Shown in pieces: positions 1 through 9,465 of a stretch of 64,000 nucleotides of DNA (positions are counted from its first letter, which is position 1; every line of letters starts with the position of its first letter). Origin of the DNA: Bacteroidota bacterium (GTDB lineage: Bacteria > Bacteroidota > Ignavibacteria > UBA10030); assembly GCA_026416125.1 (NCBI GenBank), contig JAOAFT010000004.1, positions 70,448-134,447 of the forward strand. The letters run 5' to 3'. The position numbers and the translations under genes were made by a program. Under the pieces are notes generated by a model, which saw only the letters and a list, made by a program, of their open reading frames with translations, was not told the origin of the DNA and ran no database searches.

Positions 1-712
1 ACCAGAGATTGTTCAACTTGCAGAATTTCTTGTGAGCATGGGGGCTAAGATTCATGGCATCGGGACGGGGCGTTTGGAAGTTGAAGGGGTGGATGAGTTA
101 CACCCTGCAGATGTTACCACAATTCCTGATCGAATAGAAACAGGTACGTTTCTCATTGCTGGAGCATTAGCAGGGAAAAAGCACGGTGTTGTACGCGTTG
201 AACAATGTAATCCACAACACGTTGGCGCATTACTCGTGAAACTCGAGGATGCAGGTGCATCAATTTCCGTGGGAGATAATTGGATTGAAATTGTTCCTCC
301 TGAAGAAATACGTCCTGTTAACGTTACGACTGCAATTTATCCAGGTTTTCCAACTGATATGCAAGCACAGTGGATTGCGCTAATGACGCGCTCAACAGGT
401 ACGAGTGTTATTACCGACACGATTTACTACGATCGGTTCATGCATGTACCAGAGCTTCAACGACTTGGTGCAAATATTACAATGAAAGACAACATTGCAA
501 CGGTAGTTGGCGTCCCAAAACTCATTGGTGCGACAGTGATGTCCACTGATTTACGTGCAAGTGCATCGTTAATTCTTGCAGGACTTGTTGCAGAAGGTAC
601 AACGGAAGTACTCCGTGTGTACCATATCGATCGTGGCTATGAGTCTGTTGAAAAGAAACTACAACTCCTTGGTGCTCGTATTGAACGGGTAGAGTACGAT
701 GAATTTGGGTAA
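1..712 (+). CDS. murA: UDP-N-acetylglucosamine 1-carboxyvinyltransferase, C-terminal part (5' end lies outside the window)
   Basis: The frame is open from position 2 (PEIVQLAEFLVSMGAKIHGIGTGRLEVEG...). Conserved MurA C-terminal blocks are visible (YPGFPTDMQAQ, ASASLILAGLVAEGTTEV, HIDRGYE) and the gene ends at a stop at 710-712. Confidence 0.9.
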   Translation, partial: PEIVQLAEFLVSMGAKIHGIGTGRLEVEGVDELHPADVTTIPDRIETGTFLIAGALAGKKHGVVRVEQCNPQHVGALLVKLEDAGASISVGDNWIEIVPPEEIRPVNVTTAIYPGFPTDMQAQWIALMTRSTGTSVITDTIYYDRFMHVPELQRLGANITMKDNIATVVGVPKLIGATVMSTDLRASASLILAGLVAEGTTEVLRVYHIDRGYESVEKKLQLLGARIERVEYDEFG

Positions 713-726
713 GTAGGTACTATGGT

Positions 727-2967
727 ATGAGTTTCACGTCTCCCCAAAAGCGTACTCTCCTCAGCATGTTTTTACTTCTCGTAGTACTCACAGTTCTCGT
801 TATTCAGAACCCACTCTTTAGTACTGTTGACAGTGATTTTTCTTACGTTCTCGCGTTACCATTGTATGGGGTGAGTGGAATTGTCATGTTTACGTATTTT
901 CGGAATAAAACATTTACCACTCTTGAGGAACTCAGGTCCCAAACAATCAATGGAATTGGTACTGTGCTTTTGCTTCCACTCGTTCCACTGTCTGTAGCAT
1001 TGGTGCACGGAATTGTCATTCAGACGTGTGTTGATCTTTACGCTATTGCTCTGTATTTCCTCGTAGTTACTCCAGCGGTACTCCTTGGTGCAGCTCTAGC
1101 ACTGATCTCTGTGCTCATCTTCACAAGATTTCAGAAACTACTTTTTGGTGTAAGCAGTTGTTTCATCCTTTGTTCAGCAATTATTCCGCTGATTACATCT
1201 CCTCAGGGGTACGTCTATAATCTTATTTTCGGGTACATTCCACTTTTGCGATTCGATGAGGCAGTTCGTATTACAACACATTTGGTTGTCTACCGCTCTC
1301 TTACAATTGCGATTGCTTTATTCCTCATTGCACTTGCTCTCTGGGTGTGGAATAGGAAACATACCCATCAACTTCTATCTACGGCGAGTATAACACGGAA
1401 AAGTGTATTGGAAATTTTCAGTATGGCATTTCTTGGGCCATTTGTTGGAGTACTCTTTCTTTTCAGTGAGAGGATTGGATTTTCATCGTCAACAGAGACA
1501 GTGAAAGAAAAACTTGGCGGGCATTATACTACAGATCATTTCGATATTGTGTATGCGCTTGGGAAAATTCCCCGTGAACGAATTGTGTACATCGGGAAAC
1601 TTCAGGAGCATTACTATAATGAAATTTGCAACTCGCTTGAGGTGAAACCAGTGTCAAGAGTGACAACGTTCATCTACGCAACTGAAGATCAAAAAGCGCG
1701 GCTCGTCGGTGCTAGTACACTGAACTTTTCGAAACCGTGGTTACGGCAGATTCATATAAATGAGAGAGATATTGAATATTCACTAAAGCACGAGCTTGTC
1801 CATGTACTAGCAGGAGATTTTGGGTGGTCACCCTTGAATATTGCTCGGAGCGCTGGAGCTTTGGAAGGGCTTGCTGTAGCAATCGGCGATCTGACGTGGT
1901 TTGGTGAACCGATCGATCGAGCTGCTGCGTTCATTCTTGCCGTGGATACTTCGGTGTCTCTTGAGGAAGCTTTCTGTTGGTCAAAAATTTTTCTCTGGAT
2001 TCCAACTCGATACTATCCTGTTGTGGGCTCATTTACGAAGTTCCTTATTTCACAGTACGGTGTAGAAACATTCAAACAATTCTACAGGACAAACGACTTC
2101 GAGAAGGTGTATAAACAACCACTCACAACAATTGCTGGTCAGTGGAAACAGGTACTGTCACGGTATCAATTTACTTCTAGTGATTCGGCGAAGGCTCGCT
2201 ACGTTGTATTTCAATCACTGTCGTTGCCGAGAAAATGTACTCGTGCACTTGCCAGAATTCATACTGAAGCTCGAGAGTACATTAGACTTCGTGAATACGT
2301 GCATGCACAAGCGAGTATCGATCGTTCACTCGCTATAGTACCAACGACCGAAGGTATACAGCTGAAGGTTATAGCTCTCTTAGGTCGGAAACTATTTGAT
2401 GATGTACTCAGTACAGCAACAGCAGCGCTGGGAACATATGGTGATGGAGTACTTCCCCTCCGTTTACGACGTGGTGATGCGTATTGGGCGCTCGATTCGG
2501 TACTCCAAGCACAGAGAGAGTACGAAATTATACGAGCAACACATCTTTCGAATGCATACACAGAAGCAGCTGCCATTCGGCTCGAAGCACTCGATCGAAA
2601 AGATGAGCAACAAGAGTGGCGTATCCAAATACTCTACGACCTCGATGATACCACAAGACTTGTGCGACTCTCACACCTAACAAGCGGGTTGGCTGAGTAC
2701 ATGAGAGGAAAACTAGCACTTGCACATCGTCAGTATAGAAGAGCCGGTGATGCATTTGCCCGTGCAGAGAATCTTCGTTCGCCGGTACTTCGATTTTATC
2801 GGTATTACTATTGGGCACAGGCACTGCAGTACGACTTTCAGTTCGATTCTGCTGCAGCGCTCTACGCGCGAGCACTCAGAGTTGCTCCAACGGATGGACT
2901 CAGAGAAGAAACAAAATTCCATCTACAACGTTGTACACATTGGAATACTATTGAACAAAATCAATAA
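727..2967 (+). CDS. polytopic membrane protein with an HExxH zincin-like motif and a TPR-like C-terminal region (function unknown)
   Basis: 746 aa. The N-terminal ~270 aa contain about 8 hydrophobic helices. The mid-region has LKHELVHVLAGDFGWS (HExxH) followed by GALEGLA (a possible third Glu ligand). The C-terminal ~250 aa is helical and repeat-like, rich in Y/A/R as in TPR proteins. Confidence 0.6.
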   Translation: MSFTSPQKRTLLSMFLLLVVLTVLVIQNPLFSTVDSDFSYVLALPLYGVSGIVMFTYFRNKTFTTLEELRSQTINGIGTVLLLPLVPLSVALVHGIVIQTCVDLYAIALYFLVVTPAVLLGAALALISVLIFTRFQKLLFGVSSCFILCSAIIPLITSPQGYVYNLIFGYIPLLRFDEAVRITTHLVVYRSLTIAIALFLIALALWVWNRKHTHQLLSTASITRKSVLEIFSMAFLGPFVGVLFLFSERIGFSSSTETVKEKLGGHYTTDHFDIVYALGKIPRERIVYIGKLQEHYYNEICNSLEVKPVSRVTTFIYATEDQKARLVGASTLNFSKPWLRQIHINERDIEYSLKHELVHVLAGDFGWSPLNIARSAGALEGLAVAIGDLTWFGEPIDRAAAFILAVDTSVSLEEAFCWSKIFLWIPTRYYPVVGSFTKFLISQYGVETFKQFYRTNDFEKVYKQPLTTIAGQWKQVLSRYQFTSSDSAKARYVVFQSLSLPRKCTRALARIHTEAREYIRLREYVHAQASIDRSLAIVPTTEGIQLKVIALLGRKLFDDVLSTATAALGTYGDGVLPLRLRRGDAYWALDSVLQAQREYEIIRATHLSNAYTEAAAIRLEALDRKDEQQEWRIQILYDLDDTTRLVRLSHLTSGLAEYMRGKLALAHRQYRRAGDAFARAENLRSPVLRFYRYYYWAQALQYDFQFDSAAALYARALRVAPTDGLREETKFHLQRCTHWNTIEQNQ

Positions 2968-2986
2968 CAATGAAAGGGTACACACA

Positions 2987-4159
2987 ATGGCAACGTACGA
3001 TCGTCGAAGCTTTCTTCGGACAACGGTGAGTACTATTGCACTAGCGAATCTACCGTTTCCGATTTGTGGAGAGGAGAATGTAGAACAACCAACAATTATT
3101 CGGCGAGTACTTGGCAGAACGAACCTTCGTCTTCCCGTGGTTAGTTTTGGTGTAATGCGAGCAGATAGTGCTGCACTTGTGCGAGCAGCGTATGATGCTG
3201 GAGTGATACACTTCGATACAGCGCATTCGTACCAACAGGGTCGGAATGAAATGATGCTTGGAGAAGTTTTTGAAAATGTTCCTCGCGATTCGTACATCCT
3301 TGCAACGAAAATTCAACCGCGTGATCGAGAAAAAGGAAAAATTGGGAAGGACATGTTCTTAGAACGATTGGACATTAGTCTCCAACGATTAAAAACGAGT
3401 TACGTTGATATTCTTTACGCACATGCACTTGGTTCTCGTGATGATGTTTTTGATACCGATATCCTCTCTGCGCTTGAAGAAGCGAAGAAGAAGAAAAAAG
3501 CTCGTTTCATAGGTGTGTCCACGCATCGAAATGTCGAAGAAGTTATAGAAGCTATGATCGAATGTGGGGCGTACGATGTTGTTCTCGCAGCAATGAACTT
3601 TCAGCATCAGAATCCGAAGAGGCTCCGTGAAGTCACCGCTGCAGCTGCCAAGGCAGGTATTGGTATCGTTGCAATGAAAACGATGGCTGGTGCCTATTAT
3701 GACAAAGAGCGGACAAAACCCATCAACTGTAAAGCGGCATTGAAGTGGGTGTTAGAAGATCCGAATGTTGCGACAACGATACCTGGCGTTACAACTTTCG
3801 AGCAGTTACGTGAGAACCTTAGTGTTAACTATGATTGTACACTGACTGATGAAGAGCGAGCATCACTAATTGTTGATCCACAGAGCAAGGGGATGTCGTG
3901 CGACGGGTGTGAACAGTGTGTACAAACGTGTAAACATCATATCCCAGCACTTCCAGACACTATGCGAGCGTATATGTATGCATATGGGTACAGTGCACCA
4001 CGTCAGGCACGTGAAATACTGGATGAAGTCTCAAGGTTCTTTGAACTTTGCTACACATGCGGTGAATGCACAGCCAACTGTGTAAAAGCATTTCCCATTG
4101 CGGAACGCATTCGTGATATACAACGTCTTACCAGCGTACCACAAGAATTCCTTGCATAG
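2987..4159 (+). CDS. Tat-signal aldo/keto reductase fused to a C-terminal 2x[4Fe-4S] ferredoxin-like module
   Basis: ATG at 2987 gives MATYDRRSFLRTTVSTIALA, a twin-arginine signal. The AKR core is present (GVIHFDTAHSYQQGRNEMMLGE, ILATKI). The C-terminus carries two CxxCxxCxxxC motifs (CDGCEQCVQTC and CYTCGECTANC). Confidence 0.8.
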   Translation: MATYDRRSFLRTTVSTIALANLPFPICGEENVEQPTIIRRVLGRTNLRLPVVSFGVMRADSAALVRAAYDAGVIHFDTAHSYQQGRNEMMLGEVFENVPRDSYILATKIQPRDREKGKIGKDMFLERLDISLQRLKTSYVDILYAHALGSRDDVFDTDILSALEEAKKKKKARFIGVSTHRNVEEVIEAMIECGAYDVVLAAMNFQHQNPKRLREVTAAAAKAGIGIVAMKTMAGAYYDKERTKPINCKAALKWVLEDPNVATTIPGVTTFEQLRENLSVNYDCTLTDEERASLIVDPQSKGMSCDGCEQCVQTCKHHIPALPDTMRAYMYAYGYSAPRQAREILDEVSRFFELCYTCGECTANCVKAFPIAERIRDIQRLTSVPQEFLA

Positions 4160-4167
4160 GTGAAGCC

Positions 4168-5010
4168 ATGAAACGATGGGTTATTATGAGTCTTGTAGTT
4201 CCTCACATGCTCCTTGCTCAGGTGGAAACAATTTTCCCTGTGATCGAAGGATTTCAACGGAAAATTTTCCCTGAAGTCTATACACCGGAAACACTCTTTG
4301 AACTTATCGATGGCGCTGCTGATATGTTTCTCACGTACGATTTCGAGGAGCTTACATTAGCGGAATACTCGAATGATCGTATTTCGTACATTCGTGTCGA
4401 GGTGTACAAACATCGTGATGAGGCCAATGCTTTTGGTGCGTATGCACAGGAACGGAATCCTGAAGCCACCTTTGTGCCGCTTGGGTGTGAAGGGTATATT
4501 CTCGATGGTACAGTAAACTTTTGCGCAGGTCAGTACTACGTAAAACTTGTTACAAACGATCAAGGTCCAACAGTACAGAGTGCACTAATGCGTATTGCTG
4601 AACGTGTTGCTGAAGGGGTAGCTCGACACAAAGTAGAAAAACCACGAATGTTCACGTATTTCCCCAGTGATCACAGAAAATCTCATGCTGAGTACTATGT
4701 AAATCGTGACTTCTTGGGATATTCCGTTTTTCAAAAAGCATACGTGGTACCGTACACACATTCCAATCTTTTTGTAATGGAGTATTCAACAGCAGAACAT
4801 GCGAGGAACGCTCTGAAGTCGTACTCACAAATCCTCAAAGTGAACGTACCTCTTGAAAATGGTGCAGTTGTCCATGATCCCAACGAAGGGCGTCTCCTCT
4901 TTTACTGCGTGGATAAGTATATTGTTGGTGCAAAAGAAATTCAGAATGAACAAGGAACACACCAAGCTTTACGAAAGGTTCAAGAGGCACTTCGTGCTAC
5001 AAGCGAATAA
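4168..5010 (+). CDS. hypothetical protein with an N-terminal signal-like hydrophobic segment
   Basis: 280-aa ORF beginning MKRWVIMSLVVPHMLLAQ. No recognisable catalytic motif. It is tightly packed between the AKR and the GT-C genes. Confidence 0.5.
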   Translation: MKRWVIMSLVVPHMLLAQVETIFPVIEGFQRKIFPEVYTPETLFELIDGAADMFLTYDFEELTLAEYSNDRISYIRVEVYKHRDEANAFGAYAQERNPEATFVPLGCEGYILDGTVNFCAGQYYVKLVTNDQGPTVQSALMRIAERVAEGVARHKVEKPRMFTYFPSDHRKSHAEYYVNRDFLGYSVFQKAYVVPYTHSNLFVMEYSTAEHARNALKSYSQILKVNVPLENGAVVHDPNEGRLLFYCVDKYIVGAKEIQNEQGTHQALRKVQEALRATSE

Positions 5011-5038
5011 TAGAACAGAGAAAGAGCTCCCTCTCACA

Positions 5039-6439
5039 ATGTTTGTAGGGGCTCTTTGTGCAACTCTGATCCATTGTATTCTCATAGCGAATGGAGTTTA
5101 TGGGATTTCTGCGGATGAAAGTGGGCGAATTTATGATACACTCGTGTGGCTTCGTACAGGTACTCCATACTCTAGTGTCTGGTTGCCCGGGTATCGTATT
5201 CTCCTTGCAGGTGCATTCTCGGTGTGGGAAGATTTCTTCTGGACTCCAAGAGTCCTTTCGTTCCTTTTTGGAATGTTCACATGGGGGGCAGGTGTATGGT
5301 TTGCTCACGAAGTGTGGAAGAATCGGACGATTACAGGTGCTACAGCACTCCTTCTTGCGGTGTTCCCGCAACGAGTTCTTCTCAGCGTCGTACCGTTAAC
5401 TGAAATTGTTTTCTGTGCTCTCATTCTCGTAGCACTCGCTTCTTCTATTCGGTGGTTATCAACACAAAACGCCAGATTTTTGGTAGTTTCCACACTTGCA
5501 CTAGCACTTACAACAACTCTACGGTACGAAGGATGGGGATTTGCATTGCTCTTTATAATCATCCTTGTGCGTGAACGTGTACGTAAGAAACACCCCCCAT
5601 GGTTCGTTGTGTTGCTGAACATTGCTGTAGTTGTGGTTGTACCTGCATTGTGGATGGTCCGAAACTATACTCACTTCGGTACACCATTCACTTTTTTTGA
5701 AACGACTATTGATATCAATTACAATATTCCCTTTCTACGTCAAGTATGGCATAACCCATTGACACAATTTTTCTTCATTAACGCTCTTACGTTTAACCTC
5801 CTCGGTATAGGTACATTTCTAACGTGGAAAAATTCATTTGTGAAAGAATTACTTTGGGTATCGTTGCTACTATTTTCCTGTACTGTACTAGTTGGTTCAA
5901 CCCTTCCAACACATACACCATGGAGAGTAACTGCGGTGTGGGGAATGGCTCTTCTACCGTTTACAGTAGCATGGTTCTATGATCAATGTAAGTGTACCAG
6001 TGCAAGTCGGTGGTTTTTTCTTACAACGCTCATAGTAATGCTTTGTGTGCAAACAGTTTTGCTTGGGAAGTATTACACGTCGAATGACTCTTCATTTACA
6101 CAGGATGAATTGAGAACAGCAAAAGACCTTGAAGCAATTCTTTCGTCGTATCCAAAAGAATCGAAAGTGCTTATCGAAACCTCGTATTGGCGGTATCTCC
6201 ATATTCTCATTGCATCACACAATCCTTTTCGATTTGTTTTAAATGGTGCCTACCGACCTCAACCACGAATTGAAGGAATGCTTGCACTTCCCTGCGATTC
6301 TCTACAAAACGTTTTGAAAACGCATCGAATTGCCGCTGTTGTTGTGGAGTCAACTGGGTACAAACACCAAGCAAAGCTGTGTTCACTGTTGGAACGTTTC
6401 TCTGAACATGGGAAGTGGACAATATTCATAGTTCGGTAG
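5039..6439 (+). CDS. GT-C superfamily glycosyltransferase (PMT/ArnT-like, GT39/GT83-type) integral membrane protein
   Basis: Multi-pass membrane protein. The N-terminal region WLPGYRILLAGAFSVWEDFFWTPR and the helix/loop layout resemble dolichyl-/undecaprenyl-phosphate-sugar dependent transferases. The first ATG after the upstream stop is at 5039 and is preceded by gaaagag. Confidence 0.6.
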   Translation: MFVGALCATLIHCILIANGVYGISADESGRIYDTLVWLRTGTPYSSVWLPGYRILLAGAFSVWEDFFWTPRVLSFLFGMFTWGAGVWFAHEVWKNRTITGATALLLAVFPQRVLLSVVPLTEIVFCALILVALASSIRWLSTQNARFLVVSTLALALTTTLRYEGWGFALLFIIILVRERVRKKHPPWFVVLLNIAVVVVVPALWMVRNYTHFGTPFTFFETTIDINYNIPFLRQVWHNPLTQFFFINALTFNLLGIGTFLTWKNSFVKELLWVSLLLFSCTVLVGSTLPTHTPWRVTAVWGMALLPFTVAWFYDQCKCTSASRWFFLTTLIVMLCVQTVLLGKYYTSNDSSFTQDELRTAKDLEAILSSYPKESKVLIETSYWRYLHILIASHNPFRFVLNGAYRPQPRIEGMLALPCDSLQNVLKTHRIAAVVVESTGYKHQAKLCSLLERFSEHGKWTIFIVR

Positions 6440-6593
6440 CTTGTTCAATAAGTGTGGTTGATTTATCGTTTCACAAAGTGATAAAGTTATTCACTGTTGA
6501 AGGAATTATTTGTACCTTTCTGAGTGTCGTGGGGCCCCATAAGGTACTATATATGTGAAGAGGAGGAAAAAGTAAACGTCTTGGAGAGTATCG

Positions 6594-8240
6594 ATGAAAA
6601 TTGCACTTCTTCAGTTGAATCAAACAGTAGGTGATGTGAAAGGCAATGCGTTGAAAATCAAAACATTTGTGGAACGGGCATCAAAATATGGTGTTGATCT
6701 TATTGTGACACCTGAACTTTCGCTCATTGGATATCCACCGCGCGATTTGTTACTCCGTGAGAGTTTTGTCTACGAAAGTTTAACCCAACTAAATATTTTA
6801 GCCCACGAACTCTGCGCAGCCCCTCCAGTTCTTGTTGGTGTAGCAACTCCAAACACGCAATCCCATGGTCGTCCACTCTACAATTCATGTGCGCTTATTT
6901 GGAATGGTAGTGTACAGAAATATTTCCATAAAGTGTTGTTGCCAACGTACGATGTCTTTGATGAAGATCGATATTTTGAACCAGCCCCATCATCGCAAAC
7001 ATTTATCGTGGGTGCAACAACAGTCGGTATTTCCATTTGTGAAGATATTTGGAGTGATGAGATGTTGTTTAAAAAGTATCGATACCACCATAACCCAGTA
7101 CACGAACTTGTGCAGCAAGGTGCACAGTGCATTCTCAACATCTCAGCATCTCCCTTCACCGTTGGAAAACACGATCAGCGAAGAAGGTTGCTAAAAGGAA
7201 TTGCATCAAAATATACCATCCCAACACTGTATGTGAACCAGGTAGGTGGAAACGATGACATACTCTTTGATGGCCGAAGTGTTGCGTACGACGCAACAGG
7301 AGAAATTATTGCAGAAGGAAAAGCATTCGAGGAAGATATTATTGTTGTCGATCTTGAAACAAAGGGTCCCGTGAAGGTGTTACCATCGCTCAGTGCGGAA
7401 GAAGAAGTATGGAACGCACTTATACTCGGGACACGGGACTATGTCCATAAATGTGGATTTACTCGTGTACTGCTTGGTCTATCGGGAGGAATTGATTCTG
7501 CATTAACCGCAGCAATTGCAACAGAAGCCTTAGGAGCATCGAATGTACTTGGCGTGTTGATGCCATCGCCGTACACAAGTCGAGCAAGCATTGACGATGC
7601 ACACGAACTTGCACGAAATCTAGGAATAAGGACAATAACAATTCCAATTCATACTCTCATGAATGAGTACGACGCTCTTTTACAAGAATACTTTCACGGG
7701 TATGAACGCGATATAACAGAAGAAAATATCCAAGCACGAATTCGTGGTACGTTGCTTATGGCGCTCTCGAATAAGTATGGGGCAATGCTCCTTTCGACGG
7801 GGAATAAATCGGAACTCGCCGTTGGATACTGTACACTCTACGGTGATATGTGTGGGGGTCTCGATGTGCTCTCTGATGTACCGAAAACACTGGTGTACCG
7901 TATTGCAGAATGGGTTAATCGTTTGTCGCACCAAACTATTATTCCAGTGAACATTCTCAGGAAACCACCGTCTGCGGAACTCAAGCCAAATCAGAAAGAT
8001 CAAGATACTTTACCTGAGTATGAAATTCTTGATGCGATACTACAGTTGCACATTGAAGAAAACATGAGTGCAAAGCAAATTATTGAACGTGGATTTGAGC
8101 CACAGGTCGTTACTAAAGTTCTAAAAATGGTAAAGAATGCAGAGTTTAAACGGAAACAAGCAACTGTAGGGTTGAAAGTCACAGACCGAGCGTTCGGAAC
8201 AGGGTGGCGCATGCCAATTGCATGTGTGGTACCGTACTAA
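6594..8240 (+). CDS. nadE: glutamine-dependent NAD+ synthetase (N-terminal CN-hydrolase domain plus NAD synthetase domain)
   Basis: N-terminal nitrilase-like domain (KIALLQLNQ...LIVTPELSLIGYPPRDLL). C-terminal PP-loop SGGIDSALTAAIA and the NadE core (LSTGNKSELAVGYCTLYGDMCGGL). Confidence 0.9.
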   Translation: MKIALLQLNQTVGDVKGNALKIKTFVERASKYGVDLIVTPELSLIGYPPRDLLLRESFVYESLTQLNILAHELCAAPPVLVGVATPNTQSHGRPLYNSCALIWNGSVQKYFHKVLLPTYDVFDEDRYFEPAPSSQTFIVGATTVGISICEDIWSDEMLFKKYRYHHNPVHELVQQGAQCILNISASPFTVGKHDQRRRLLKGIASKYTIPTLYVNQVGGNDDILFDGRSVAYDATGEIIAEGKAFEEDIIVVDLETKGPVKVLPSLSAEEEVWNALILGTRDYVHKCGFTRVLLGLSGGIDSALTAAIATEALGASNVLGVLMPSPYTSRASIDDAHELARNLGIRTITIPIHTLMNEYDALLQEYFHGYERDITEENIQARIRGTLLMALSNKYGAMLLSTGNKSELAVGYCTLYGDMCGGLDVLSDVPKTLVYRIAEWVNRLSHQTIIPVNILRKPPSAELKPNQKDQDTLPEYEILDAILQLHIEENMSAKQIIERGFEPQVVTKVLKMVKNAEFKRKQATVGLKVTDRAFGTGWRMPIACVVPY

Positions 8241-8269
8241 CACCCTGTTCCGAACTTTTTATGCGTGTG

Positions 8270-9421
8270 TTACTTACACAGTTCAAGAATTTCTTTTACT
8301 TCGTTTGCTCCAATTGATTGATGCTCTCCTAAACGTTCGTTGCGTAACTCGAAGCGTTGGACTATTTCATCAAAGTAACGATCATCGCAACCGTACTCGT
8401 GGAGCCGAGTGTTGACACCAAGTGATCGGAAGAACTCCTCTGTTCGTTGAATTGCAACATCAGCAGCATTTGATCCATCATACTGCCAGACGCGACGTGC
8501 AAAGAGAGCGAGCTTCTCCTCTTTGGCTCTCTTTTGATGTTTCCACACCGCTGGCATCACGATAGCAAGTGTCTGTCCATGATCGAGTCCGTAGAATGCA
8601 GTGAGTTCATGACCGATTGCATGAGTTGTCCAATCTTGAGGAACGCCGCACCCAATAAGGCCATTGAGTGCCATAGTTGCACTCCACATGATATTAGCAC
8701 GGACAGTATAATTTGTAGGCTCGCTCAACGCTTTTGGACCATCTTCGATAAGTGAGAGGATAATGGCTTCTGCAAGATGATCTTGAGTGAGTGCACCAAT
8801 TGGGTACGTCATGTATTGTTCCATAACGTGTACAAACGCATCGACAATACCATTCGCTGTTTGTCGAGGTGGTAAAGTAAATGTTGTCTCTGGATCGAGA
8901 ATAGAGAATTGAGGGTAGAGGAGTGGTGAGCCAAATCCATACTTTTCTTTAGTTGAATCACGGGAAATAACTGCGTAAATGTTCATTTCAGATCCTGTTG
9001 CGGGCAATGTTAGCACGCATCCAAGAGGAAGTGCAGATCTTGGTTTAAGTCCCTTTGATAAGAAATCCCATGGGTCACCAGTTGTGTAGTGTACAGCAGC
9101 AGCGATAAACTTTGTTCCGTCGAGAACGGAGCCGCCACCAACAGCAAGGAGAAAATCGATGTTCGTTGTTCGACATACTTCAACAGCCTTCATCAAAGTT
9201 TCGTAGCGTGGATTTGGTTCAATACCACTGAATTCTTCAATCGAGTACCCCCTCAAGGCACGGATGACTTGCTCATAGACCCCATTTCGTTTTATAGATC
9301 CTTGTCCGTACGTCATGAGAATCCGTGCGTTTTGGGGAATAAGTGTTGGTAATTGTGCAATTGTCCCTTTTCCAAAGACGAGTTTGACTGGATTGTAGTA
9401 TGTAAAGTTTTTCATAGACAC
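8270..9421 (-). CDS. iron-containing (group III) alcohol dehydrogenase
   Basis: 383 aa. Fe-ADH blocks are present: GGGSVLDGTKFIAAA and the metal-binding region HAIGHELTAFYGLDHGQTLAIVMP. Confidence 0.85.
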   Translation of the reverse strand: MSMKNFTYYNPVKLVFGKGTIAQLPTLIPQNARILMTYGQGSIKRNGVYEQVIRALRGYSIEEFSGIEPNPRYETLMKAVEVCRTTNIDFLLAVGGGSVLDGTKFIAAAVHYTTGDPWDFLSKGLKPRSALPLGCVLTLPATGSEMNIYAVISRDSTKEKYGFGSPLLYPQFSILDPETTFTLPPRQTANGIVDAFVHVMEQYMTYPIGALTQDHLAEAIILSLIEDGPKALSEPTNYTVRANIMWSATMALNGLIGCGVPQDWTTHAIGHELTAFYGLDHGQTLAIVMPAVWKHQKRAKEEKLALFARRVWQYDGSNAADVAIQRTEEFFRSLGVNTRLHEYGCDDRYFDEIVQRFELRNERLGEHQSIGANEVKEILELCK

Positions 9422-9465
9422 CTCGCTTTCATGGAGTAAAGTTTTTTGAAACCTACTTTAAAGTA

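Noticed and set aside
1752-2922. Cluster of short ORFs (60-115 aa) on both strands inside the 727..2967 gene
   Set aside because: They are entirely nested within or antisense to a long, coherent membrane-protein ORF and have no motifs, so they are treated as spurious.
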